From positions 1-61,280 of IMG/VR virus record IMGVR_UViG_3300034121_000204: a stretch of 61,280 bases of DNA; one strand, written 5' to 3'. Below are positions 9,315-20,100 of this stretch, one piece after another. This stretch comes from a virus (lineage: Duplodnaviria > Caudoviricetes). Every line of letters begins with the position of its first letter. The stretch's first letter is position 1. The position numbers were made by a program, and so were the translations under genes. The notes under the pieces were generated by a model. The model was given only the letters and a program-made list of their open reading frames with translations, searched no databases and was not told where the DNA came from.

Positions 9315-10503
9315 CATACTTAAAAGACTTCATATTGTTTATATTGCAGCTATGGTACGTGTAGGAAAAACATTAATGGCTTTAGAAACAGCAAAACTAT
9401 ACGGAGCTAAACGAGTTTTATTCCTAACAAAAAAGAAAGCCATATCATCTATTACAAAAGATTATAATGAATTTGGTTATCAATTTGAATTGGTAGTAGT
9501 AAATGACGAGTCAATGCATAAGTTAGAAGATACTAACTATGACTTGGTTATACATGACGAGCATCACAGATTCGGATCATTTCCAAAACCAGGACTAGCA
9601 ACTAAGACATACAAGCAGATGTTTGGCAACAAGCCAATGATATTCTTGTCAGGTACAATGACACCAGAGTCATTCACCCAAGTGTACCATCAGTTCTGGG
9701 TATCACATCACAGCCCATTTAAACATTACGTCAACTTCTATAGATGGGCTGATGACTATGTAAATAAGTTTCAGAGAAATATTAACGGCTTCTTGGTAAA
9801 TGATTACTCTAAAGGAAATGAACTAAAAATAATGGTTGCTATTGCTCCTTATGTAATTACATTTACACAACAGCAAGCAGGCTTCTCTACTGAGATTGAG
9901 GAAGAGATATTGCATATCGCGATGAGCGATAAGACAAAGATGATTGTGAAGAAGTTGGAGAAGGACTTAGTTGTGGAAGGTAAGGATGAAGTTATATTGG
10001 CTGACACACCAGTTAAGCTTATGCAGAAGCTTCACCAGTTGTGGAGTGGTACTGTCAAGTTTGAGAGTGGCAACAGCATGGTTATCGACACTACTAAAGC
10101 TGAGTTCATAAAAGATAAGTGGCGCGACAATAAAATAGGCATATTCTATAAGTTTAAAGAAGAACTGAGCGCATTGAAGCAAGTGTTTGGTGACAGTCTA
10201 ACAACTGAGCTTGATAAGTTTGATAATGAAGGCTATCAGGTTATAGCCTTACAAATTATATCAGGTCGTGAGGGTATATCCTTAAAAAATGCTGAGTATT
10301 TGATTTTCTATAATATTGACTTTAGTGCAACTTCTTATTTTCAAGCGAGAGACCGTCTAAGTCACATGGGTAGGTTAAAAAATAAAATATATTGGTTGTT
10401 TAGTGAGGGTGGTATTGAGGATAAGATATATAAAGCTGTCAAGGAAAAAAAGAAATACACAGTAAATATATTTAAAAAAGATTATAAACACTTAAATATA
10501 TAA
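9268..10503 (+). CDS. SF2 (SNF2-like) helicase
   Basis: Q motif LRDYQ, VRVGKT, DEHH, LSGT, REGISL, QARDRL. Confidence 0.9.
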   Translation: MELRDYQTRIANQAVDILKRLHIVYIAAMVRVGKTLMALETAKLYGAKRVLFLTKKKAISSITKDYNEFGYQFELVVVNDESMHKLEDTNYDLVIHDEHHRFGSFPKPGLATKTYKQMFGNKPMIFLSGTMTPESFTQVYHQFWVSHHSPFKHYVNFYRWADDYVNKFQRNINGFLVNDYSKGNELKIMVAIAPYVITFTQQQAGFSTEIEEEILHIAMSDKTKMIVKKLEKDLVVEGKDEVILADTPVKLMQKLHQLWSGTVKFESGNSMVIDTTKAEFIKDKWRDNKIGIFYKFKEELSALKQVFGDSLTTELDKFDNEGYQVIALQIISGREGISLKNAEYLIFYNIDFSATSYFQARDRLSHMGRLKNKIYWLFSEGGIEDKIYKAVKEKKKYTVNIFKKDYKHLNI

Positions 10504-10508
10504 GAATT

Positions 10509-10712
10509 ATGAATAAAATACATAAACCTAAAGGATCACCAAGTCCTGAAGAAAGAGCGTATAGAATTATTACATATATAGGTCTCGATGCTGGTATTAA
10601 AGACGCAGTAAGAAACATAAGTGAAGTAATAAAAGAAGGCAATATAGAAAGGTCTCTTTATTATTATGAAGTTTTGTATCATTTAACAGTATTAAAAGTA
10701 GGAAAACAATAA
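10509..10712 (+). CDS. hypothetical protein
   Basis: 67-aa ORF; its TAA stop is the TAAC of attC-like site 1. Confidence 0.6.
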   Translation: MNKIHKPKGSPSPEERAYRIITYIGLDAGIKDAVRNISEVIKEGNIERSLYYYEVLYHLTVLKVGKQ

Positions 10713-10838
10713 CGTTTTGCGGCTTTGTGTCAGTGCCGTTTTTTAAACTGGTGTTTAATAATTAAAACAAAATAACAATGAAAACAGAAACTTCAAAAAT
10801 AGACAAAACTAAGGCATTGCATAAAGCCGATGTTAGGC
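10707..10838 (+). mobile_element. attC-like recombination site 1
   Basis: CAATAAC ... GTTAGGC ends; arms CGGCTTTGTGTCAGTGCC / GGCATTGCATAAAGCCG form an imperfect inverted repeat with an extrahelical base. Confidence 0.75.
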
Positions 10839-10987
10839 GTAGTGCCATCTTCAACTTAACAGATGTAGATAGATTAAAAAGGAGTGATAAACTTTGGAAG
10901 AAACTTTCAAAAGAACTTGATGTGTTACAAGACAATAACTATACAGCAAGGAAGTTGTTTGATTATGTGGAACGGCATTACGCCTAA
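10778..10987 (+). CDS. cassette-borne hypothetical protein
   Basis: 69 aa; starts in the loop of site 1 and stops in the TAAC of site 2. Confidence 0.65.
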   Translation: MKTETSKIDKTKALHKADVRRSAIFNLTDVDRLKRSDKLWKKLSKELDVLQDNNYTARKLFDYVERHYA

Positions 10988-11111
10988 CGGCAAAGCATTG
11001 GCGAAGGCGGGGATTTGTAGTACTACCGCTTGTTAATGCACAAATGATAAATTAAGTACTACCGTTGAGTAAAAGCACTTCTGCCCCGCTTTTGCCAATG
11101 CAATGTTATAG
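10982..11111 (+). mobile_element. attC-like recombination site 2
   Basis: GCCTAAC ... GTTATAG ends; arms GCATTGGCGAAGGCGGGG / CCCCGCTTTTGCCAATGC. Confidence 0.8.
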
Positions 11112-11122
11112 GGCGTTTATTT

Positions 11123-11377
11123 ATGTACGGATTTTTCAAATTACCAATATCAGATAAAAAAATGTCAAAGGTGATGTATGCACTTTTAAGGACACAAAGC
11201 AAATTAGTCAACTCATACAGCCATAGCATTAACCAATACGATAGAAAGCAAAGTAGTGGTTTCTTGGTTGATGTTGTTGTAGAAGTTGACGAGCATAAAA
11301 TAAAACAGTTTGAAGAATTGGCAGAAGTCAAACTACAAACGAGTGAGGATTTTCAGGGTAAAATGGTTGTTAACTAA
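11123..11377 (+). CDS. cassette-borne hypothetical protein
   Basis: 84 aa; fills the space between sites 2 and 3. Confidence 0.65.
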   Translation: MYGFFKLPISDKKMSKVMYALLRTQSKLVNSYSHSINQYDRKQSSGFLVDVVVEVDEHKIKQFEELAEVKLQTSEDFQGKMVVN

Positions 11378-11382
11378 ATGCC

Positions 11383-11434
11383 CTATAACAGTCGTACAGG
11401 CGATGGCTTTAGTCTCGCTTGTACTTTGTTATAT
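11383..11434 (+). mobile_element. attC-like recombination site 3 (short)
   Basis: CTATAAC ... GTTATAT ends; arms GTACAGGCGA / TCGCTTGTAC. Confidence 0.65.
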
Positions 11435-11441
11435 TTTTATT

Positions 11442-11449
11442 TACATTTG
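11442..11449 (+). promoter_or_regulatory. Bacteroidota -7 promoter box TACATTTG
   Basis: TAnnTTTG match just upstream of the VRR-NUC start. Confidence 0.55.
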
Positions 11450-11456
11450 TCAGTAA

Positions 11457-11726
11457 TTGGCAACAGAGCAGCAAATACAATCTAAATTAATCAAACAACT
11501 TGAGAAAGAAGGTTACTATGTGATCAAGCTCTCTGTCACCAATAAGACAGGTATACCAGACCTTTTAGCAATACCTAAGAACGCAGATGTGCACTTCATT
11601 GAGGTGAAGCGTCCTGGACAAAAGCCAAGACCTTTACAAGTATTCAGACTTAAAGAACTAAACAAGCATGGCGTTAAAGCAACAGTCTACGATGGTACAC
11701 AATTCTATAATGTTCCAGAAGAATAA
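11457..11726 (+). CDS. VRR-NUC domain nuclease (Holliday junction resolvase-like)
   Basis: EQQIQ, GIPDLL, FIEVKRPG, RPLQ. Confidence 0.9.
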   Translation: MATEQQIQSKLIKQLEKEGYYVIKLSVTNKTGIPDLLAIPKNADVHFIEVKRPGQKPRPLQVFRLKELNKHGVKATVYDGTQFYNVPEE

Positions 11727-12030
11727 GTATAGAATAAAAAAATTATGTGCCGAAGGGAAAACAATTAAACAAATAAGCTCGATAACAGGTGTCGCAGAAT
11801 ACATTGTTCAAAGAAACCTAAGAACAGCTATATCAACTCATTACGGAAACATAGAAATAGGTCATAAGGATGAGCCTTACTATGAAACCGAGGAAGAAAT
11901 GTTAAATGAAGTAGAATATAATTTTAATAATTTAAGCGATGGAGAAAAAGAGATCTATAACCAACGAGAAAAAGATGGTGAGCTTGGTAGGTATTTTACC
12001 AGTACTAATGGACTTTATGGAGGACATTAA
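11710..12030 (+). CDS. helix-turn-helix protein
   Basis: GKTIKQISSITGVAEYIVQRNL; likely start MFQKN at 11710 (track gives 11668). Confidence 0.55.
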   Translation: MFQKNKYRIKKLCAEGKTIKQISSITGVAEYIVQRNLRTAISTHYGNIEIGHKDEPYYETEEEMLNEVEYNFNNLSDGEKEIYNQREKDGELGRYFTSTNGLYGGH

Positions 12031-12220
12031 GGATGTGTATCCAAGAGTATACAGCAAGCAAATAAAGAAGGCAGGTAATGAATTTATTACCGAGGTATTG
12101 AAACACACCGATAATATTTACAAGAAAATGGAAATGGAAGATGATCAAGACTTGAGGGACTTCTATTACCAAGTAGATAGCTTTGGAATAGTATTTAGGA
12201 ACTGGTTAAAAGAATTGTAA
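11939..12220 (+). CDS. hypothetical protein
   Basis: 93-aa ORF in operon context. Confidence 0.55.
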   Translation: MEKKRSITNEKKMVSLVGILPVLMDFMEDIKDVYPRVYSKQIKKAGNEFITEVLKHTDNIYKKMEMEDDQDLRDFYYQVDSFGIVFRNWLKEL

Positions 12221-12221
12221 C

Positions 12222-12449
12222 ATGGGAAAGATAATTTTAGAATTCGATTCAGTCGAAGAACAAGATGACGCGCGAGATGCGTTAGATGGTTACAAATGGA
12301 AACTAGCTGTTTGGGATATTGATCAGCATCTTAGAAGTGAACTTAAATACAACGACAATATAAAGGATGATGTATATGATGCGCTTGAAAAAGTAAGGGA
12401 TGAAATTAGAGATATATTAGAAGGCTATGGAATCCAACTTGACCACTAG
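12222..12449 (+). CDS. hypothetical acidic phage protein
   Basis: 75-aa ORF in operon context. Confidence 0.65.
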   Translation: MGKIILEFDSVEEQDDARDALDGYKWKLAVWDIDQHLRSELKYNDNIKDDVYDALEKVRDEIRDILEGYGIQLDH

Positions 12450-12690
12450 AGGAGTTTATTGTGTGGATGTCATATTAAAGGCAATGCCTATCTCTATGAA
12501 CTCCAAACTGCCTAAAATTTTAAAGACATTAGAGAACATACCTATAGCCTTGGACGATAACTTAAAGCCATTGCATGAGAACTTCATAAAAAAAATGATA
12601 AAAAGAGAAAACGTCTGCAAATATAAGATAAATTATCAAATTATCATAAAAAAATACTTGTCTGGGCTATGTTATGATATAAATAAGTAA
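12427..12690 (+). CDS. hypothetical protein
   Basis: 87-aa ORF. Confidence 0.5.
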   Translation: MESNLTTRGVYCVDVILKAMPISMNSKLPKILKTLENIPIALDDNLKPLHENFIKKMIKRENVCKYKINYQIIIKKYLSGLCYDINK

Positions 12691-12706
12691 TATATTTGTG
12701 TTCATA

Positions 12707-12874
12707 ATGGAAAACATCAACTATGTAAATGCAATAATAACCGAGATTAATGATCTAACGGATTGCATATACGAGTCTTTAGTTGATGCAGACTATAAAG
12801 AAATGAAATCAAATATACAGAACTTAATAAGAGTTCTTAGAGACCTAGACAAAACACATGAAATCATATCGTGA
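12707..12874 (+). CDS. small hypothetical protein (55 aa, MENINYVN...HEIIS)
   Basis: Read manually; preceded by TATATTTG at 12691-12698. Confidence 0.55.
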   Translation: MENINYVNAIITEINDLTDCIYESLVDADYKEMKSNIQNLIRVLRDLDKTHEIIS

Positions 12875-13967
12875 TAGAGCTATACATCTTTACTTTGAAG
12901 AAAATAAAGGACCTAGAGAAATAGCTAGACAATTAACACAAGAGCTTAACCTTAATGAAAATATTAAATCAATTGAAAGAAACATATTCAATTGGACAAA
13001 AGATAAGGGGTTATATGAGGCTTGTGAAATAGCAGGTATAGACTATGAAAATGTAAGTCACTATTGGCACAAAGGTAAACACTTCAGTATCAATGTAAAG
13101 AAAGATAAGTCATTCAACCATGATGAATTTAAGAAGGACTTAATTAATGAAATATCTAACTGGAGTCCAAGCTATCCGAAGTTCAACAGAGAAAAAACAT
13201 CTGACGGACATTGCCTTATTTTTGATCCAGCTGACATACATATAGGTAAGATTTGCTCTAGCTTTGAGACAGGTGAAGACTACAATATGCAGGTAGCTGT
13301 ACAAAGAGTTCGTGAGGGCATGCATGGCATATTAAGTAAGTCAGCATCTTTTAATATTGACAAGATTATTTTTATAGCAGGTAACGACATCCTACATATT
13401 GACAACCCAAAGCGAACGACAACAAGTGGTACGCCACAGGATACTGATGGAATGTGGTACGATAACTTCCTTACTGCCAAGAAGTTACTAATTGAAATCA
13501 TAGAGACATTGATGACAGTAGCTGACGTTCATGTTGTATACAACCCAAGCAACCACGACTATATGTCTGGCTTTATGTTGTTGCAATGTGTTGAGGCTTG
13601 GTTTAGTAAGTGTGAGCAAGTTACATTTGACAATGACATGAAGCATAGAAAGTATGTTGCGTATGGTAAGAACTTAATTGGATCTACTCACATGGATGGT
13701 GCAAAGCAACAAGACTTACCGCTACTAATGGCTCACGAGTCTGGTTCACTATGGCATCAGTGTAGACATAGGTATATATACGGACACCACATACACCACA
13801 AAACTTCAAAAGACTATATGTCAGTATGCGTAGAGACATTACGTTCACCAAGTGGTACTGACAGCTGGCATCATCGTCAAGGATATCAACACGCACCAAA
13901 AGCTGTTGAGGGTTTTATACATCACCCTGAGCATGGACAAGTTGCCAGGTTAACACATTTATTTTAG
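12858..13967 (+). CDS. calcineurin-like metallophosphoesterase with N-terminal HTH
   Basis: DIHIG, GNDILH, SNHD, THMD, GHHIHH; N-terminal GPREIARQL. Confidence 0.85.
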   Translation: MKSYRDRAIHLYFEENKGPREIARQLTQELNLNENIKSIERNIFNWTKDKGLYEACEIAGIDYENVSHYWHKGKHFSINVKKDKSFNHDEFKKDLINEISNWSPSYPKFNREKTSDGHCLIFDPADIHIGKICSSFETGEDYNMQVAVQRVREGMHGILSKSASFNIDKIIFIAGNDILHIDNPKRTTTSGTPQDTDGMWYDNFLTAKKLLIEIIETLMTVADVHVVYNPSNHDYMSGFMLLQCVEAWFSKCEQVTFDNDMKHRKYVAYGKNLIGSTHMDGAKQQDLPLLMAHESGSLWHQCRHRYIYGHHIHHKTSKDYMSVCVETLRSPSGTDSWHHRQGYQHAPKAVEGFIHHPEHGQVARLTHLF

Positions 13968-13968
13968 C

Positions 13969-14133
13969 ATGATAACAGTTGAAGAAATGATAGCTGTAGT
14001 TGAGAACTACATCTACGACAAGAAAAAAGTAAGGGTGCGCATCGAATTACGATACCACCCTTTACTTATTCATTCAGACCTTAGCAAACTTAACTATTGT
14101 TATGGTGTTGCTTTAGATTACTTTAAAATCTGA
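13969..14133 (+). CDS. small hypothetical protein (54 aa)
   Basis: Read manually (MITVEEMI...DYFKI); converges on and overlaps the stop of the giant gene. Confidence 0.5.
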   Translation: MITVEEMIAVVENYIYDKKKVRVRIELRYHPLLIHSDLSKLNYCYGVALDYFKI

Positions 14134-17100
14134 TCGGCTGTTTGGCCATTCTTAATTTTTGTTAAATCAGAAACAGTAGGCTCACCTATAGCCTTCATTA
14201 ACTTTAGGTACTCTCTCCCTTGACGTTCTGTCAGACCGCCATTCCTTTCTATGAACTTGATTTCATCAATGGCTGTTTCGGATTCTTTCTTAGCTTTTAC
14301 CATATCAATCTCCCAAGATTTTAGATTACGTCCAAGATCTTTCTGTACAGTCTCGTATCTGTCGTATTGCTTCTCAGTGACAGCTTTCTTTTTGATTCTT
14401 TTTATGTAATCTCTAGATATTGCTCCTACATCTTTTGGTAACAATCCAGTAGAATATAAAAGTGTAGGAAACACAGCTAATCCTACATCTTTACGATCAG
14501 CTTCTAAAAGTTTTTTTGGAGTCTCTCTTCCTTGATAATCATCAATAAATTCTCCAGTTGCATATAGCTTACTTATCTCACCTAGTTCTTTGTATGTATC
14601 CCCAGCAATACCAATCATTCCATACTTTCTATCGTTATCATCACTTATGTATAACTGATATGTTGCTTCTTTCTTGATCTTTTCAATATAATCAGCTTTA
14701 GCTTTATCATCCATTGGATCTTCACCTTTTAACTCTAGCACTTTATTTCTGCTATTAACAGCATCTTTTATTTCTTTATCGTCCATCCAAGGGTACTGCC
14801 CTAATCCTAAATTCAATCCCATAGTTACTATATCATCTAGCATTGGAAGTGGAGAAATAATATCATTTAAAACACTTTTTATTGGGTTCTTAGTAGCATT
14901 GATAATTTTCTTTTTCTTTGTTTCTTCATCATCTTCATCACCAAGTAACCAAGCTGCAATTTGATCATATAGAAGTTTAATTCCGTATCCAAGTAATTGG
15001 TATGTAGCTAATTCAGCACCAAGTCCACGAAGTGATCTCCACGCTATTGCTTTATCTTCATTAGTTGCAGTACCGCTTGAAACAGTAATTAAATCATTAT
15101 ACATCCTAGCCTTTTGGTTAATTATAAATGACGCAAATGGAAGGAAAATTTTTCTAGTCATTTGAACATAAGGATTCTCGCTTGCTAAGAATTCACCTGC
15201 TAGCATTGGATCAGATATATTCTGCTGTCTATCAACCATAATCTGAGCATATTCAGCAGCTTCTTTATCCATCTTATGATTCTTCCAATCAATGTCAGTG
15301 TTTATTCCTCTACGATTTAAATTTTGCAAGTAGTAAGACTTAAATGATGACCTAGCAACCCATACATCTGGCTTAACGAGTAATTGTTTCAACCACCACT
15401 GATTTATATCAGCAATCTTTTTAAACACTTGATCTGTTGTTTGACCTTTCGCTTCTAATTGTCTATCAATTGAATCAATTGTTGATTGTGATTCAAAGCC
15501 ACGATTTGAAATTGGCATACCTGTTTCATCAAGCCACGCATTAAAATCAGCATTTACAAAATCTAATCGACCAGCATTCATAAATGTATTTACAAGTACT
15601 GGAGTTGTCTGCATTAATGTCTGATTGACACCAGCTAGTGCCTTACCAACACCTAGTGATGTTACGTAATTGACAAATTTATTTAGGTACTCTATTGTAT
15701 CTCTTGGAACTACATTTTTACCTTTAGCTCTTTTAATGTAAGTGCTTATTCTTCTTTCAAGTATTGTTCTATCATCAGATTCAGGAACTAATTTTTTGAA
15801 TTCTTTTGAGCTAAGGAATCCATCTACTTGTCTAATTGCAGATGCTGTATTAATATCAGTTAATGCAGATTTAAGTGCCTTTGAGTTATTGGTATCAAAA
15901 TCAAGACTAATATATCCATTTGTAGGTCTTGTTCTTGTTGTTTCCATTAATACACCTGACTTATTCTTATCAACATTATTAATAGATACATTGAAAGATC
16001 CATTCTGATTAGTTAAACTTTCATCAAGTCCTGTATCTTTAGAAGATAAATTTTTTATTGAACGTGGTGTATAGCTTAAATCACTAGTAAGCATAGTGTT
16101 GTATACAGATAAACTCACATCAAATAATTCTGGTTTATATTTTGACCATTCGTTAATCCACCAATCAACAGCCTCTAAATTATTTTTGGATGCGTTAGCA
16201 TTAATTACATCCATATCCATTGAGTCTACATTAAGCTTATCATATACCTCTTTATATAGCTCACCCATTTTCTTTTCTTTAGAGTTTCCATCTTCAATTA
16301 GTAAATCAATTGATTCTTTTAATATCTTAACTCTATTTTGAAATTCAGCTTGCGTTTCAGACTCAGTACCAATAATGTTTCTTTTTAGCTCAGCAAGCAT
16401 TCCCCTTTCATATACGTTCTTAGCATCCATGAAATCTTTTCCTTTAGCAAATAATTGTTTTGAGTATTTGTCAATTATTTGGTTATGCTGTCTAATCGCT
16501 TTATTAACTCCGTTAATTACATTTAGCAACCCCATCTTTCTCATTATATCCATTGAGTTGGAAACACCACCAAACATCTTCTCCATTAAGTTTGGAAGTG
16601 AATATAATTGATCGCTATAAACTTTACCTATTGTTTTAATTCCAAATAATCTTAATGCTCTAGCGACCTTACCTCTATTAACAAGTGATTTAACATTTAA
16701 AGCTCCCTCATAAGAACTAGCTGCTGCCTCAAGACCACTTGTTATTTGGTTAGTTATAAAGTTATCTACTCCTTCAACAATCTTAATTGATTCTCTAGTT
16801 GACATCTCATTCAAGTCAATCTTTAGAACTCTTTTCATTAAGTCCTTCTGACTGTCTTCGAATATAATCTCCTCTCCAGTCATAGGATCAACACCTGTCT
16901 TGAACATTGTCTCTAATGTAGATTTCATTCCATTCATTCTTGACACTAAGAACTCTTTTGCTTTTGATTCTTTGTCAACAGTTTCGTCTGGATTTTCTTT
17001 TAATGAATTAATTATTTTTTGAATTTCATTAAATGACATATCTTTTGATAGTCCTTCAATATCTTCATAAGTAGCAATTAGTTCATCTATCTTTATTTGT

Positions 17101-20100
17101 TCTTGACGATCAATTTCATTCTTAGAAAATTCAGATATATCAGCTATGTTTGCTGCTTGTTTCATCACATACTCTTCATCTTTTCTACGTGATGGCTTAA
17201 CGGCATTCTTAACTTTCTCAGCTATCTCCATGTAAGCATCAATATCCTCAACAAGTGATGGATCAATCTTGGTAAACTCTTTAGCCATACCAACTACCTC
17301 AGCTTGGTTGTCAGTCTTTAAATCCTTACGAATGCTTTTTCTTAATGCAAATGCCTTGCTTAATCTATCTTGATAGTCAGCTCTTTGAAATACTCTCTCA
17401 GCATAATTTGTAAATCGCTCAACCATGACAGGATTGTCAAGATTTAAATAACTTATACGTTTTATTAATACGCCTGCTTGTGGAGTTTTAATTTTACCAA
17501 GTTTAACCATATTACTGATGGCATCACTAAGCATCTTTCTCTTAATATTTAAGTCAGCCTTAGCATCACGAGCAGCACGAGCTTCCATTCTAATCTGATC
17601 TTTTAATGCCGTATACTCGTTGACAGTTACCTTTTTTGCTTTTGGCTTACCTAATACTTTAGCAACAGATGGAGCTTTAACTTGCGCTTTAAAAGCATCT
17701 TTTATTTCCTCTTCACTAAATCCTTCTTCATTTAAATATTGTTTGATTGCAGCATCAGATATACCATTATCCCTTGCTATTACGAGAATATCTACTGCTT
17801 TTTTTGGTCGTCCTTTAGAAAATAATACATCAATATTTTTTATTTCTTTTGATGTTATTTCTTTACCACCTAAAAGAGAAGCAAGTGATCCATCAATAAA
17901 TTCATTAAGATTGATATTTTGAAATTGCTCAGGAGTTAATTTATCAAATGCCTTGAACTTAGATTTAACATAACTAAATACAGCGTTTAGCCAATTCTTA
18001 AATTTAGATTTTTTACCTGCTTCAATTAATGTTTCACCTTTATTAGCAATAAGTTCAGCTAGTGCTTCTTCTCTTGCTAGTTCAACATCTCCTAACTCAG
18101 CTATTTTTCTTTTCAATACTTCAGTTCCTTCTAAAAGATTATATCCTTTGTCAAGTAATTTAGGATTATTTTCTTTTAGGAATCCCATCCAAACATGTGC
18201 GAATTCATGTATAGCTGTATTTGAATTTGCTTTTTCAGGGTTCAAAAATACCTTTCCATCTTTTGTAAATCCATAAACTATCTCGCCATCTTTAACAAAT
18301 TTTTTAACTTCTGGATTCTCAAGTGCTTTATTAAATTCTTCTTGTGTTTCAACTACAGTAACTGAAGGAAATGCAAGTCTAAGTTTCCCTAAAAGTTTTT
18401 GAAGTTCAGTCATTTTAGTTGAAATCTTAGCACCTCTAAATGCTTTTATTCCTGCTATTGGACCACTTGCTGCTACTGCTTGATCTATTGCCTTATTAGG
18501 AGATGGTAACTTACCTGCCTTATCTTCTTTATTTAAGTAGAATGATTTACCATACATCTCTGGAAATATATCAGCTGCATGCACAGGAGATTCTAAAATA
18601 CCAATCAACCCACCTTTTACACCATATGGATAGTTTCTGTGTTTTGGATTTGTTATTCCAGGGTTTAATACATCAACACCAGTAATGCCAATAATATGAT
18701 TAGAAGGTATTTCTTTTGTTGATTCATCTTGTATTGCATTATTTATTGTTTGAAGATGTATATACTTATAGTAAGATGCATCCTTATTACCAACTAAAGC
18801 TAGTGCTGATTTACTTCTAGGTTTCCCTGGTTTTGTTTCTTTATTTAATTGAATCCCACCTGTAAATAAAAATCTAGTAACATTTGCTCTTTCACCAATA
18901 GGCTTTAAGTTATTCATGTTATCAAGAAGTTCATCTATAGTTTTATAGTTATTTTCTTTTATAAATGATATAACTTTACTATCTGGATTAACAGCTGATA
19001 TATCTTCAATTAAACCATTTAATGAGTTAACTCTTTCTGCTTTATTAAATTTTTTCTTTATTGTATCAGAAGCAAATCTAAATAACGCTTCATTTGTTTG
19101 AATAGAATCTTGTCCCATTTTAACAATGGCCATAGGTACTTGTCCTTGCGGAAGTTTTCCTTCAGACCAAAGTCTATCAAATAAATCTTTATTTTTAGAG
19201 TATACCTCTTGTGCTCTTGAAAGCATTCCTTCAGCTTCTTTTTTATCAGTGTTAGCCCAAGCACTATTCTCATTTCCTTCCGTAAGATTAAATCCTATAC
19301 CACCATTTACATCAATTGTATTTCCTGTAAATTCATTCTTTACATTTCCAGATGTCAACTGATCAGATATAGTAAATATCATTGGTATACCATTATAATC
19401 TGATATATCTTTTATTATACCTCCTTTAAATGCTGCCTTTAATTTATCTCCAAATCTTTTAACTAAAGAGCCTATATTTACTTTACTCTTAGTAGTTAAA
19501 TTAGAAGGAACGTCAAAATTAGCTATATCTTCAGACATAGCATTCATTTCTTCAACTACTGAGTCAACTTCTGGAGCTTGTGTAGCTAAATTAGGATTAA
19601 ATACTATTATATTTTGTATATCTTGTTTTTGAGTTTTAAGGTTAGTATCTGTAAATCTAATAGCTCCAAAACCTTGATTTTCTAACTCATCATAAACTTT
19701 ATTTATATCTTCATCAGATAATGATGTTTCAAATCTAGGATCTAATAATTCGAATAAATTTAAATCATTAACATCCCATCCTTCTTCTTTAGATTTTAGC
19801 CCTAATTTATTTATTACATCAAATGCTTGTTCTTCTTCTGCAATTATATTTTCATCTATATCAAATTCAGATACAACTCCTTCATTTTCTTTTGTATATT
19901 CTTCAGCTTGACCTTTATCTTCACTCACAAACAAAGGGGTTTCTTTATTTACATTTGTTAAGTCACTAACATTTCCACCATGATAAACCTTTATAGTTTG
20001 TTTTCCTTTTTGGAATTTAGGTTGTCCACCAAATAATCCACGTAATTTATTTACTTCTTCTTGGACACCCCTGCCTTCGATAGGGCGATTGCCAAGATCT

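Noticed and set aside
11059-11331. - strand 90-aa ORF across cassette 2
   Set aside because: Antisense shadow of 11123..11377 that runs into the attC-like arm; no independent support.
10707-11434. CRISPR array or simple terminators as an explanation of the hairpins
   Set aside because: The units are not identical direct repeats, the intervals are whole ORFs, sites 1 and 2 lack U-tracts, and the cross-cassette end complementarity is not explained by terminators.
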